Shown one piece after another: positions 1-9,747 of a stretch of 64,000 bases of DNA. The position numbers were made by a program, and so were the translations under genes. Positions within the stretch are counted from its first letter, which is position 1; the number at the start of each line of letters is the position of its first letter. The DNA is taken from assembly GCA_018712645.1 (NCBI GenBank), contig DVGO01000062.1, forward strand, positions 4,195-68,194, read 5' to 3'. The stretch comes from Candidatus Faecousia faecavium (GTDB lineage Bacteria; Bacillota; Clostridia; Oscillospirales; Oscillospiraceae). Under the pieces are notes generated by a model. It did no database searches and was not told the origin of the DNA. It saw nothing but the letters and a program-made list of their open reading frames with translations.

Positions 1-1221
1 CTTTCTCAGATGGACACCATGCGCAAGGCTGTGCGTCTGCATGGTCTGGTTCGGGTCAGCGATTACTTCCAGGGCAAGGACGGTCTGCTGCGCACCGAGG
101 GCGAAGTGGAAGATTTTATGGAAACCTATGACCGCACCTCCGGCCCTCAGCTGGTACAGTCCATTTACGGCGGTCTGAGCCTGCTGGCCTGCATCTGCAT
201 CGCGGTGTTTGCGGGTCTGTTCCACGGTGTCAGCATGGGTGTACAGATTCTGTCCACCAGTCTGCTGGTTGCCGTTCCCGCCACATTCTTTATTTCCGTT
301 TCCCGTCCCACCTCCATTTTGGAGCAGCGGCTGCATATGGTAGGCGCTGTGCTGTGCGGCTGGCAGGGGGTGAAGGGTCTGGGCGGCAAAGTGGCCTTCC
401 CTCTGAACGACCATGATCTGTTCCCCCAGGGAAGTACCAAGCTCAACGGCGTGAAATTCTACGGCAATCGCAACCCGGATGACATTGTCAGTTATTCCGC
501 CTCCCTGATCAGCATTGCCGGCGGCGACCTGGTGCCGGTATTCAAGCAGCTGCTGTCCAGCCGGGGTGCTTCTGAATATCCTGTGGAAAATTTCCAGAAC
601 TACGGTGACGGCGGCATCGGCGGTGAAATCTGCGGCGAGCCGGTTCTGCTGGGCAGCCTGAACTTCCTGCAGGATATGGGCGTGGAAATTCCGGAAGGCA
701 CCATGGTCAACCAGGCAGTCTATGTGGCTGTGGATGGTCAGCTGTGTGCTGTCTGCGCCATTACCTACGCTAAGATGCGTTCTTCCGCCGCCGGTCTGGT
801 AACCCTGTGCGGCTACTCCAAGCTGACTCCGGTAATGCTCTGCGATGACTTTATGTTAACCGAGAGCTTCCTGCAGGCCAAGTTTGACATCAAAACCCGC
901 CGGATGGCTTTCCCCGACCGGGAGACTGCCCGGCAGCTGCGCCAGGTTCAGCCCAATCCGGAAGCTCCGGTACTGGCTATGACCACCCGGGAAGAACTGG
1001 TCAGCGCGGCCTATGCCGTCACCGGTGCCCGCGCTCTGCGCACCGCAGCAAAGCTGGGTGTCACCATCCACCTGATTGGCGGCATTCTGGGCATGCTGAT
1101 TATGCTGGTGCTGGCTTTGCTTGGCAATACCGAGCTGCTGACCCCCACCAACATTTTGCTGTATCAGCTGGTCTGGGCAATTCCGGGACTGTTGGTCACG
1201 GAATGGACCCGTATTGTATAA
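1..1221 (+). CDS. Membrane protein with degenerate P-type ATPase-like C-terminal region (5'-truncated by window edge)
   Basis: Frame open from base 1. TM pair followed by LLVAVPATF (CPC-helix position), N-domain-like GGGIGGEICGEPVLLGS and VYVAVDGQLCAV, two C-terminal TM helices. No DKTGT or GDGxND. Confidence 0.6.
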   Translation, partial: LSQMDTMRKAVRLHGLVRVSDYFQGKDGLLRTEGEVEDFMETYDRTSGPQLVQSIYGGLSLLACICIAVFAGLFHGVSMGVQILSTSLLVAVPATFFISVSRPTSILEQRLHMVGAVLCGWQGVKGLGGKVAFPLNDHDLFPQGSTKLNGVKFYGNRNPDDIVSYSASLISIAGGDLVPVFKQLLSSRGASEYPVENFQNYGDGGIGGEICGEPVLLGSLNFLQDMGVEIPEGTMVNQAVYVAVDGQLCAVCAITYAKMRSSAAGLVTLCGYSKLTPVMLCDDFMLTESFLQAKFDIKTRRMAFPDRETARQLRQVQPNPEAPVLAMTTREELVSAAYAVTGARALRTAAKLGVTIHLIGGILGMLIMLVLALLGNTELLTPTNILLYQLVWAIPGLLVTEWTRIV

Positions 1222-1226
1222 CTCCT

Positions 1227-1261
1227 ATGCCGGGAAGCCGCACCGTGGCTTCCCGGTATTT
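1227..1261 (+). terminator. Intrinsic terminator
   Basis: ATGCCGGGAAGCC...GGCTTCCCGGTAT hairpin plus short T run just after the stop at 1221. Confidence 0.7.
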
Positions 1262-1294
1262 CTATACTGTGTTTGGAATTTGCCGGAAAAAAGG

Positions 1295-1323
1295 TTGCAA
1301 ATTGTAAACTTTTGCGATATAAT
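1295..1323 (+). promoter_or_regulatory. Sigma-A promoter of lipoprotein gene
   Basis: TTGCAA-17 bp-TATAAT. Confidence 0.7.
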
Positions 1324-1365
1324 AGACGGACATTGAGATGCACCACCCGATAAGGAGGAACCAAT

Positions 1366-2184
1366 ATGACCCGCAAACCCCTTTTGTCTGTGATTGCCCT
1401 GGTGACCTTGCTGTCTCTGGCCCTGACCGGCTGCGGCAAGAAGCAGGAGCAAACCCAACCCACCCAAGAAACTTCCCAGGCTGTGGTTTCCAGCGAGGGC
1501 GGCATGTCCTGGTCCATGAATGCTACCACCTGGAGCAGCCCCAACGGCGCTACCGTCAACCTGACCCTCACCCCGGGCGATGACAGCTACGATGGTGTTT
1601 CCTTCGTGGTTCGTCTGGAGGGGGAAGAGATTGCCAATGTTCCCTGTGAACGCAGCGGCGATAACTATGTTGCCTCCGCAGATCTGAATGCGGCAGACGG
1701 CTACTGCTATTACGCCGTGATTTCCGCCGACGGCACCACCTCAGAAATTGACCTGAACACCCCCACCAACCTCACCGATGAAACTCTGGTCAATATGGCC
1801 TCCGCTCTGAATTCCTACTGCAATGTGCTGGTGGAATCTTCCGACTTTGACGGCAAGAACCTGACCCTCACCGGCGGCGAGGTCCAGGTGCAGCTGCCCC
1901 GGATTACCAACGACGGCCAGCCCATTAGCCCCAAGGATGCTCAGATGATTCTGACCATGGACGGCGAGGATGTGGCCCAGCAGGCCGTTACCCTCACCAC
2001 CACCGACGGCACCAACAGCTACGGCTGCTCCCTGGATGCTGTATCCTTCCCGGTTCCGGAAATGGAGGAAGATCATCAGCTGCACCTGCGTCTGGATGTA
2101 ACCCTGTCCAACGACCAGATTCTCTCCGCTCCCGGCGGCACCTGGTACTATTCCGGCGGAGAACTTCTGCTGGCTGTGGGCTGA
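1366..2184 (+). CDS. Lipoprotein of unknown function
   Basis: AGGAGG RBS; basic N-terminus, hydrophobic stretch, lipobox LTG-C; Q/T-rich linker; acidic beta-rich body. Confidence 0.85.
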   Translation: MTRKPLLSVIALVTLLSLALTGCGKKQEQTQPTQETSQAVVSSEGGMSWSMNATTWSSPNGATVNLTLTPGDDSYDGVSFVVRLEGEEIANVPCERSGDNYVASADLNAADGYCYYAVISADGTTSEIDLNTPTNLTDETLVNMASALNSYCNVLVESSDFDGKNLTLTGGEVQVQLPRITNDGQPISPKDAQMILTMDGEDVAQQAVTLTTTDGTNSYGCSLDAVSFPVPEMEEDHQLHLRLDVTLSNDQILSAPGGTWYYSGGELLLAVG

Positions 2185-2204
2185 TTTTTCCAATTTCGCT
2201 TCAA

Positions 2205-2236
2205 AAAATGTACCGCTCTTGTCAGCGGTACATTTT
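2205..2236 (+). terminator. Intrinsic terminator
   Basis: AAAATGTACCGCT...AGCGGTACATTTT inverted repeat. Confidence 0.75.
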
Positions 2237-2524
2237 GCATTTTGACCAAATCCACATTTTGGGAGAAAGAATAGGAAAAACATCCGAATTTTTTCTATTA
2301 TTCCCGGTTTTCCCTTTAGATATTTACAGTGAATTTCTTCCTTTCGGAGTCAGCTTCTGCATTTTCAACAAATTTCCGTCTATTGCTCCTAAATTTATGT
2401 GAATACTATAAAATCTTGAAAAAATAGAATTTTCACGATTGATTTTATGGTACATTTGTCTTACAATAGGTTGCGAACGGATTGAAATAGTCTGTCCAAG
2501 TTCTGTCCTGCCGAGGTGAGGTTT

Positions 2525-3007
2525 TTGCTGAATATCGTACTGGTGGAGCCGGAGATTCCCCAGAACTGCGGCAACATTGCCCGCACCTGCGCCGCCACCG
2601 GAGCAAGACTCCATCTGATCCGCCCCCTGGGCTTTGACATTTCGGAAAAGGCCGTTCGTCGGGCTGGATTGGATTACTGGCATCTGGTGTCGGTTTCGGT
2701 TTACGATAACCTGGCCGATTTTTTCGCCAAGAACACTGTGGAGGAAATGTGGTGTCTTTCCACCAAAGCCCCCCGCAGCTACACCCAAGCTCAGTTTCAT
2801 GACGGGTGTTACCTGTTCTTTGGCAAGGAGACCAAGGGCTTGCCGGAGCCGTTTCTGGAAGAGTACTATGACCAGTGCGTCCGCATCCCCATGCGCAGCG
2901 ATGCCCGCAGCTTGAATCTGAGCAATGCGGTGGCCATCACCGTGTATGAAGCCCTGCGGCAGCTGTCCTTCCCCGATTTGCAGGATTATGGAAAAATGCG
3001 GGACTGA
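2525..3007 (+). CDS. trmL: tRNA (cytidine/uridine(34)-2'-O)-methyltransferase, SpoU family
   Basis: NIVLVEPEIPQNCGNIARTC, RRAGLDYW, FGKETKGL, RSLNLSN motifs; TTG start at 2525 after GAGGTG. Confidence 0.93.
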   Translation: MLNIVLVEPEIPQNCGNIARTCAATGARLHLIRPLGFDISEKAVRRAGLDYWHLVSVSVYDNLADFFAKNTVEEMWCLSTKAPRSYTQAQFHDGCYLFFGKETKGLPEPFLEEYYDQCVRIPMRSDARSLNLSNAVAITVYEALRQLSFPDLQDYGKMRD

Positions 3008-3067
3008 CCTTTCAGGCAGTGTGCCTCCTGCCCGGAAGGTTCCCGATAATTTTATGGAGGAGTAACT

Positions 3068-4267
3068 ATGAACTACAACAAGAAGTCTATTGAAGACATC
3101 GACGTAGCCGGCAAGCGCGTGCTGTGCCGCTGTGATTTCAACGTTCCCACCAAGAACGGTGTCATCACCTCCGACAAGCGGATTGTTGCCGCTCTGCCCA
3201 CCATCCAGTACCTGATCGCCCACAAGGCCAAGGTCATTCTGTGCTCTCACATGGGCAAGCCCAAGGGCGAGTGGAAGCCCGAGCTGAGCCTGAAGGTGGT
3301 TGCCGATCGTCTGAGCCAGCTGCTGGGTCAGGAAGTCATCATGGCTGCCGACGTAGCCGGTGAGGACGCCAAGGCCAAGGCCGCCGCTCTGGGCGAAGGC
3401 CAGGTCATGCTGCTGGAGAACACCCGTTACATGAAGGGCGAGACCAAGAACGATCCCGAGCTGAGCAAGGAGCTGGCTTCCATGGCCGACATCTTTGTCA
3501 ACGACGCTTTCGGTACCGCTCACCGCGCTCACTCCTCTACCGCCGGTGTGGCAGACTACCTGCCCGCCGTCTGCGGCTACCTGGTGCAGAAGGAAGTTTC
3601 CATCATGGGCAAGGCTCTGGCCAACCCCGAGCGTCCCTTCGTTGCCATCCTGGGCGGCGCCAAGGTTTCCGACAAGCTCAATGTTATCAACAACCTGCTG
3701 GAGAAGGTGGACACCCTGATCATCGGCGGCGGTATGGCTTACACCTTCCTGGCTGCCAAGGGCTACTCCGTGGGCAACTCCCTGCTGGACGAGACCAAGA
3801 TCGACTACTGCAAGGAAATGATGGCCAAGGCAGAAGCCAAGGGTGTCAAGCTGCTGCTGCCCATCGACACCGTGGTGGCTGACGGCTTCCCCTCTCCCAT
3901 CGACGGCCCCGTTTCCGTGGAGACCGTGAATGTGGATTCCATCCCCGCCGGCAAGGAAGGCCTGGATATCGGTGAGAAGACCCGGGCTCTGTTTGCTGAC
4001 GCTGTCAAGAGCGCCAAGACCGTGGTTTGGAACGGCCCCATGGGCGTGTTCGAGAACCCCACCCTGGCTGCCGGCACCATTGCTGTTGCCCAGGCTCTGG
4101 CTGACTCCGAGGCCATCACCATTGTTGGCGGCGGAGACAGCGCTGCTGCCTGTGAACAGCTGGGCTTCGCTGACAAGATCACCCACATTTCCACCGGCGG
4201 CGGCGCTTCCCTGGAATTCCTGGAAGGCCTGGAGCTGCCCGGCATCGCCTGCCTGCAGGATAAGTAA
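3068..4267 (+). CDS. pgk: Phosphoglycerate kinase
   Basis: [47 protein letters not shown]. Confidence 0.98.
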   Translation: MNYNKKSIEDIDVAGKRVLCRCDFNVPTKNGVITSDKRIVAALPTIQYLIAHKAKVILCSHMGKPKGEWKPELSLKVVADRLSQLLGQEVIMAADVAGEDAKAKAAALGEGQVMLLENTRYMKGETKNDPELSKELASMADIFVNDAFGTAHRAHSSTAGVADYLPAVCGYLVQKEVSIMGKALANPERPFVAILGGAKVSDKLNVINNLLEKVDTLIIGGGMAYTFLAAKGYSVGNSLLDETKIDYCKEMMAKAEAKGVKLLLPIDTVVADGFPSPIDGPVSVETVNVDSIPAGKEGLDIGEKTRALFADAVKSAKTVVWNGPMGVFENPTLAAGTIAVAQALADSEAITIVGGGDSAAACEQLGFADKITHISTGGGASLEFLEGLELPGIACLQDK

Positions 4268-4417
4268 GGCTTCTATCTGCCGTTTTGCAGGGGCCGGTGC
4301 ATGCATCGGCCCCTTTCCCCGGCCTGCCTTCCCCTGTTTGGGAACTGAAAAAAACGTTCAATCAGTATATTCACATGGTGTAACTGCATCCATGTTGTAA
4401 TAAAAGGAGAAAAGAAA

Positions 4418-5194
4418 ATGAATCGTAAGTATCGTAAGACCGTCATTGCCGGTAACTGGAAGATGAACAAGACCCCCTCCGAAACCAAGGAGTTTATGAC
4501 CCAGCTGAAGGCCATTATGCCCAAGGGCCGTTGGTGTGATGTGGCTCTGTGCGTTCCCGCCGTGTGCATCCCCGCTGCTGTCCGCGCTATGCGGGAGACC
4601 CGCGTAGGCATCGGCGCTGAGAACTGCAACGCCAATCCCTCCGGCGCTTACACCGGCGAAATCGCCACCAACATGCTGACCGATGCCGGCTGCAAGTACG
4701 TCATCATCGGCCACTCCGAGCGCCGCGCCATGGGCGAAACCGACGCCGACATCAATGCCAAGGTTCTGGCCGCTCTGGAAGCCGGTCTGATCCCCATCCT
4801 GTGCTGCGGCGAGAGCCTGGAGCAGCGCAACAGCGGCGTTACCGCTGAGTGGATCACCATGCAGATCAAGCTGGGTCTGGCTGGCGTGCCCGAAGACAAG
4901 ATCCGCAAGGTCATCATCGCCTACGAGCCCATCTGGGCCATCGGCACCGGCCTGACCGCTACCCCCGAGCAGGCTGAGGAAGTCTGCGAAATGATCCGCA
5001 GCGTGGTGCGCAAGCTGTACTCTTCCAAGAACGCCCGCGCCATCTCCATCCTGTACGGCGGTTCCATGAACGAGAAGAACGCCTTCGAGCTGCTGGCTCA
5101 GCCCGACATCGACGGCGGCCTGATCGGCGGCGCTTCCCTGGTTCCCGAGAAGTTCGTCAAGATCATCGAAGCTGCCAACCAGCCCACCGTGTAA
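4418..5194 (+). CDS. tpiA: Triosephosphate isomerase
   Basis: AGNWKMN, GHSERR, AYEPIWAIGTG, YGGS, GGASL. Confidence 0.98.
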   Translation: MNRKYRKTVIAGNWKMNKTPSETKEFMTQLKAIMPKGRWCDVALCVPAVCIPAAVRAMRETRVGIGAENCNANPSGAYTGEIATNMLTDAGCKYVIIGHSERRAMGETDADINAKVLAALEAGLIPILCCGESLEQRNSGVTAEWITMQIKLGLAGVPEDKIRKVIIAYEPIWAIGTGLTATPEQAEEVCEMIRSVVRKLYSSKNARAISILYGGSMNEKNAFELLAQPDIDGGLIGGASLVPEKFVKIIEAANQPTV

Positions 5195-5206
5195 TTTCGC
5201 TTTCTC

Positions 5207-5241
5207 AAGGGAGCAGCCCATGGCTGCTCCCTTCCGTTTTT
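5207..5241 (+). terminator. Intrinsic terminator after tpiA
   Basis: AAGGGAGCAGCC-CAT-GGCTGCTCCCTT followed by T run. Confidence 0.7.
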
Positions 5242-5254
5242 ATGGAGGATACCC

Positions 5255-6289
5255 ATGCAAACCTTACTGCTTTCCGCCGATCAGCCCCAGACGGCTGCCA
5301 TTGCGGCGGAACTGATTCAAAAAGGGGAACTGGTGGCCATTCCCACGGAAACCGTCTACGGTCTGGGCGCCAATGGTCTGGATGAGGGGGCCGTGGCCAA
5401 GATTTTCCTGGCCAAGGGCCGCCCCCAGGACAATCCCCTGATTCTGCACATCTGCGGTGCTGAGCAGATGGAACTGTTCTGCAACCACATTCCCCAAAGC
5501 GCCTACGATCTGGCCCAGGCTTTCTGGCCCGGCCCGCTGACCATTGTGCTGCCTGCCCGGGACGTTGTCCCCCGCAGGACCACCGGCGGACTGGATACCG
5601 TGGCAGTGCGCTGCCCGGACAACGCCGTAACCCGGGAAATCATCCGCCTGTCCGGCGTGCCCATTGCGGCTCCCTCCGCCAACATTTCCGGCAAACCCTC
5701 CACCACCACCGCAGAGCACGTGCTCCACGACCACGACGGCAAAATCGCCGCCATTGTAGACGGCGGTCCCTGCCGTGTTGGGGTGGAATCCACCATTGTG
5801 GATCTGACCGAAGAGCGGCCCCGGCTGCTGCGCCCCGGCGGCATCGGCCCGGAGCAGCTGCTGGAAGTGCTGGGGGATCTGGTCATTGACAAAGCCGTCA
5901 CCGCTCAGATTGACAAGGATACCGTTGTCAAGGCTCCCGGCATGAAGTACCGCCACTATGCCCCTGTGGAGCCGGTGGTCATTGTCTCCGGCAGCAGGGA
6001 AAAGGCTGCTGCTTATATTCATCGCCACTTTACTCCGGGAGATCGGGTGCTGTGCTTTGAAGAGGAGCTGCCTTTGTACGAAGGCTGCAATCCCCTGTCC
6101 TACGGCCAGGAAGCGGATGTGAACACCCTTTCCGCCGGTCTGTTCGCCGCCCTGCGGGAGCTGGATGATCCCAGCATCCACCAGGTCTATGCCCGGTGCC
6201 CGGTAGGCGGTGGCGTAGCCTACGCCGTGCAGAACCGGCTGCGCAAGGCTGCTGCCTTCCACATTGTGGACGCGGAGGAAGAGGCATGA
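5255..6289 (+). CDS. sua5: Threonylcarbamoyl-AMP synthase, Sua5/TsaC2 type
   Basis: PTETVYGLGA, KGRPQDNPLI, PSANISG, PGMKYRHYAP linker and SUA5 C-domain. Confidence 0.95.
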   Translation: MQTLLLSADQPQTAAIAAELIQKGELVAIPTETVYGLGANGLDEGAVAKIFLAKGRPQDNPLILHICGAEQMELFCNHIPQSAYDLAQAFWPGPLTIVLPARDVVPRRTTGGLDTVAVRCPDNAVTREIIRLSGVPIAAPSANISGKPSTTTAEHVLHDHDGKIAAIVDGGPCRVGVESTIVDLTEERPRLLRPGGIGPEQLLEVLGDLVIDKAVTAQIDKDTVVKAPGMKYRHYAPVEPVVIVSGSREKAAAYIHRHFTPGDRVLCFEEELPLYEGCNPLSYGQEADVNTLSAGLFAALRELDDPSIHQVYARCPVGGGVAYAVQNRLRKAAAFHIVDAEEEA

Positions 6290-6897
6290 TTCTGGGCATT
6301 ACCGGCGGCACCGGCTGCGGAAAAACCACCCTGCTGCAGCTTATTGGTGACCAAGGCGGAATGGTTCTGGACTGCGACGCCATTTACCACCAGCTTCTGT
6401 CCACCGATGCCCAGCTGCTTTCTCAGATTGAAGCCCGGTTCCCGGGCACCGTGGAAAATGGGATTTTGCAGCGGAAAAAGTTGGGAAATCTGGTCTTTTC
6501 TGACTCCAGCGCCCTGGAGGATCTGAACAAGATCACCCACAGCGCGGTGGTTTCCCAGGTGCGCCGCAGCCTGGCAAGCAAGCCTTCCCTGGCGGCCATC
6601 GATGCCATCGCCCTGTTTGAAAGCGGGCTGGATCAGCTGTGCGATATTACCGTAGCCGTCACCGCCCCCACGGAAGACCGGGTGCAGCGGCTCATGGCCC
6701 GGGACGGCATCAGCCAGGACTACGCCCGACGCCGGATTGCCGCCCAGCGGGAAGAAAGCTGGTTCCGGGAAAAATGCAGCTATGTGCTGACCAACGACGG
6801 AAGCCCGGCTCAGTTCCGTGACAAATGCCTTGCTTTTTTACAGCAACTCGGTATAATAGGAGAAGAAATCATACCCAAAGGAGAGATTGATTTATGA
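6286..6897 (+). CDS. coaE: Dephospho-CoA kinase
   Basis: MILGITGGTGCGKT P-loop, DCDAIYH, LNKITH, DAIALFE; ATGA overlap with sua5 stop. Confidence 0.92.
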   Translation: MILGITGGTGCGKTTLLQLIGDQGGMVLDCDAIYHQLLSTDAQLLSQIEARFPGTVENGILQRKKLGNLVFSDSSALEDLNKITHSAVVSQVRRSLASKPSLAAIDAIALFESGLDQLCDITVAVTAPTEDRVQRLMARDGISQDYARRRIAAQREESWFREKCSYVLTNDGSPAQFRDKCLAFLQQLGIIGEEIIPKGEIDL

Positions 6898-8279
6898 CGA
6901 CTGAAGAACTCCGGGAATCTCTGCTGATGAAGCCCAAGAACGGCCTGCGTCAGCTGACTGCCCAGCAGCGTGAAGAAATGGAAACCTACTGCAAAGGCTA
7001 CATGGCCTTTATCGATGCCTGCAAGACCGAGCGGGAAGCTACCGCCTGGGCTGTGCGGGAAGCAGAAAAGCGGGGCTACCGCCCCTTTGTCCCCGGCATG
7101 GATGTCAAGCCCGGTGACAAGATCTACTATAACAACCGGGATAAAGCCATCGCTCTGGCAGTGATTGGCTCCGAGTCTCTGGCAAAGGGCATCAACATCT
7201 GCGCCGCCCATGTGGACTCTCCCCGGATGGACATTAAGCCCAATCCCCTGTACGAGGACGGCGAAATCGCCTACTTCAAGACCCACTACTACGGCGGCAT
7301 CAAGAAGTACCAGTGGCCCACCATCCCCCTGGCTCTGCACGGTGTGGTGTACCGCAAGGACGGCAGCGTCATTACCATCACCATCGGTGAAGATGACAAC
7401 GATCCCGTGCTGATGGTCACCGACCTTCTGATCCACCTGGCTGCCGATCAGATGCAGAAGACCCTGGCCAAGGGCATCGAAGGCGAGCAGCTGAACGTGC
7501 TGCTGGGCACCGAGCCTCTGGAAGGCGAAGGCGCCGACCTGGTGAAGCTGAACATCATGAAGCTGCTCAACGAGAAGTACGGCCTGATCGAGTCCGACTT
7601 TCTGTCTGCCGAACTGACCGTTGTCCCCGCCGGCCGCTGCCGGGAGGTGGGTCTGGACCGCAGCCTGCTGGGCGCCTACGGCCACGACGACCGGGTATGC
7701 GCTTACGCAGAGCTGGACGCCCTGTTTGCTGTTGAGAATCCCACCAAGACTGCCGTGTGCATCCTGGCCGACAAGGAAGAGATTGGCTCCGTGGGCATTT
7801 CCGGCATGCAGAGCCAGTTCTTTGAGCACTTCGTGGGCGGCCTGTGCGACGCCCAGGGCGTGAAGCTTTCCGACTGCTTCGCCAACTCCTTCTGCCTGTC
7901 CGCCGACGTGTCCAACGCCTTCGACCCCAACTTCCCCGAGGTCAGCGACAAGCGCAACAACTCCCTGCTCAACTACGGTGTTGCCATCTGCAAGTACACC
8001 GGTTCCCGGGGCAAGGGCGGCGCTTCCGACGCTTCCGCAGAAGCCATGGGCCATGTGCGCACCACACTGAACAACGCAGGTGTCATCTGGCAGATTGCCA
8101 CTCTTGGCAAGGTTGACCAGGGCGGCGGCGGCACCGTGGCCGCTTACATGGCCAACCGGAACATCGTCACCGTAGACGCCGGTGTGCCGGTACTGAGCAT
8201 GCACGCTCCCATCGAGCTGGTTTCCAAGCTGGACTGCTATGAAACCATGCTGGCCTGCAAGGCAATCTATCTGGCCTGA
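6894..8279 (+). CDS. M18 family aminopeptidase (ApeA-like)
   Basis: AHVDSPR, HYYGGIKKYQW, GHDDRVC, DKEEIGS, SMHAP motifs. Confidence 0.92.
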   Translation: MTTEELRESLLMKPKNGLRQLTAQQREEMETYCKGYMAFIDACKTEREATAWAVREAEKRGYRPFVPGMDVKPGDKIYYNNRDKAIALAVIGSESLAKGINICAAHVDSPRMDIKPNPLYEDGEIAYFKTHYYGGIKKYQWPTIPLALHGVVYRKDGSVITITIGEDDNDPVLMVTDLLIHLAADQMQKTLAKGIEGEQLNVLLGTEPLEGEGADLVKLNIMKLLNEKYGLIESDFLSAELTVVPAGRCREVGLDRSLLGAYGHDDRVCAYAELDALFAVENPTKTAVCILADKEEIGSVGISGMQSQFFEHFVGGLCDAQGVKLSDCFANSFCLSADVSNAFDPNFPEVSDKRNNSLLNYGVAICKYTGSRGKGGASDASAEAMGHVRTTLNNAGVIWQIATLGKVDQGGGGTVAAYMANRNIVTVDAGVPVLSMHAPIELVSKLDCYETMLACKAIYLA

Positions 8280-8288
8280 TAAACGCAC

Positions 8289-8334
8289 TTCGCGCGGCGC
8301 TGTCTCGCATTGAGACGAACGCCGCGCGAATTTT
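8289..8334. terminator. Hairpin/terminator between convergent genes
   Basis: TTCGCGCGGCG...CGCCGCGCGAA with inner GTCTC/GAGAC stem, T run on + side. Confidence 0.7.
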
Positions 8335-8343
8335 ATATATGTT

Positions 8344-8892
8344 TTATAATTCCGGACCGCCTCTGTAAACGCCCGGAACGCCTTCCAGATCCTCCGGCAG
8401 CATGCTCAGTTTTCTACCGGCCCGCACTGCTTGGAACAGCTCCCAGACCACCCAAAGATGAAACAGGAAATCCACCAGGTTTTCCATGGGGTTGTCCATC
8501 AGCAGCCAAGTAAAGCCCGCCAGGAAAAGCGTGTCCAGCAGGAAGAACACCAGTGCCGCCACCAGCCAGCCGTAACGCTTCTTGCTCAGCAGCCAGCACA
8601 GCAAGAAAATTCCCAGAATCACCACACTAATTCCCAGTGCGATCAGCGTGTAGGTTCCGGTGATGTCCCAGCTGCCGTTGGTGAAGGCATTGTCAAATCC
8701 TTTGCCGAAGGCAGTCAGATAGTAGGGAAGGGATGCGGAAAACAGGAGGTAGGAATTGAAATCCAGCAGCAGAAATGCGACATTGACAACCGTGAAAATC
8801 AGCACCAGCATCAGGCTGTACCTTCCACCCCGCATTTTGTTTTCCAGATAGGCCCGGGTACCTTTCTGGGGTTTGTCCGTTTTGTTTACCAT
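8344..8892 (-). CDS. Hypothetical integral membrane protein
   Basis: ATG at 8892 after AGAGGAG RBS; about 5 hydrophobic segments. Confidence 0.8.
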   Translation of the reverse strand: MVNKTDKPQKGTRAYLENKMRGGRYSLMLVLIFTVVNVAFLLLDFNSYLLFSASLPYYLTAFGKGFDNAFTNGSWDITGTYTLIALGISVVILGIFLLCWLLSKKRYGWLVAALVFFLLDTLFLAGFTWLLMDNPMENLVDFLFHLWVVWELFQAVRAGRKLSMLPEDLEGVPGVYRGGPEL

Positions 8893-8990
8893 AATGGTTT
8901 CTCCTCTCTTTTTGTATCCACTGCTACTATAGCAAAGGACGTTCCGGATTGCAATAGCGTGTGAGAATAAGTTCCACACTTTCTCCCGTC

Positions 8991-9019
8991 TTGACATTTC
9001 CGCTTCCCCAGAGTATAAT
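8991..9019 (+). promoter_or_regulatory. Consensus sigma-A promoter of queT leader
   Basis: TTGACA-17 bp-TATAAT, perfect consensus. Confidence 0.9.
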
Positions 9020-9032
9020 ACAACTAATTTCA

Positions 9033-9074
9033 TAGGACAGTTCGTGACCATCCTGTCGGTAAACAAAACTAGGG
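9033..9074 (+). ncRNA. preQ1-I riboswitch aptamer
   Basis: 5-bp stem GACAG/CTGTC with loop TTCGTGACCATC, then A-rich tail AAACAAAACTAGG; directly upstream of queT. Confidence 0.88.
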
Positions 9075-9081
9075 AATTTCA

Positions 9082-9107
9082 GATGGGCGCATTGCGCTCA
9101 TTTTTTT
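9082..9107 (+). terminator. preQ1 expression-platform terminator
   Basis: ATGGGCGC-ATT-GCGCTCAT followed by T run, between aptamer and RBS. Confidence 0.8.
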
Positions 9108-9153
9108 GTTGTTCTGGTCACAGCTGCGCCATTTTTCAAAGGAGCAATGCCAA

Positions 9154-9663
9154 ATGACCAAACAAGTTCGATTCCTGACCCAAGCCGCCATCATCGCTGC
9201 CCTGTATGCCGTGCTGACCCATATGCAGAATCTGCTGGTGCCTGGCAGCGCCACCTGGATGATCCAGATGCGCATGTCGGAGGCCCTGTGCGTGCTGGCT
9301 TTCTTCACCCCCGCCGCCATTCCCGGTCTGACCCTGGGCTGCCTGGTATTCAACATCACCTACGCTGCTGCGCTGCCGCTGGATTTTGTCATCGGCTCCG
9401 TCGCCACTTTCGTGGCAGCAGAGGTGATGTGGCTGACCCGGAAGGTAACCATCCAGGACTATCCCCTGCTGGGTATGCTGATGCCTGCATTGAGCAATGC
9501 CATTCTGGTAGGCTGGGAACTGTCGGTGTACATCGGCGGCGGCTTCTGGATCAATGCGCTGTATGTGGCCCTGGGAGAAGCGGCCGTGCTGCTGGTACTG
9601 GGAAGCCTTCTGTACTACGCCATGAAAAAGCGCCATCTGGATGCAGCCCTCTTCAATTATTAA
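9154..9663 (+). CDS. queT: QueT family queuosine-precursor transporter (ECF S component)
   Basis: AAIIAALYAVLT and IQMRMSEAL signatures, multiple TM helices, preQ1 riboswitch upstream. Confidence 0.9.
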   Translation: MTKQVRFLTQAAIIAALYAVLTHMQNLLVPGSATWMIQMRMSEALCVLAFFTPAAIPGLTLGCLVFNITYAAALPLDFVIGSVATFVAAEVMWLTRKVTIQDYPLLGMLMPALSNAILVGWELSVYIGGGFWINALYVALGEAAVLLVLGSLLYYAMKKRHLDAALFNY

Positions 9664-9668
9664 TGCTG

Positions 9669-9704
9669 AAGCCGGGAACCCAAAGGGGTTCCCGGCTTGT
9701 TTTT
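9669..9704 (+). terminator. Intrinsic terminator after queT
   Basis: AAGCCGGGAACCC-AAAG-GGGTTCCCGGCTT plus T run. Confidence 0.85.
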
Positions 9705-9747
9705 ATGGACAAACTATGGTATGATGCCTTGTTGAAGGAGTGAAATT

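Noticed and set aside
2240-2515. AT-rich intergenic stretch as ncRNA or small gene
   Set aside because: No convincing stems, RBS-led ORF or repeat; best explained as the promoter region of trmL-pgk.
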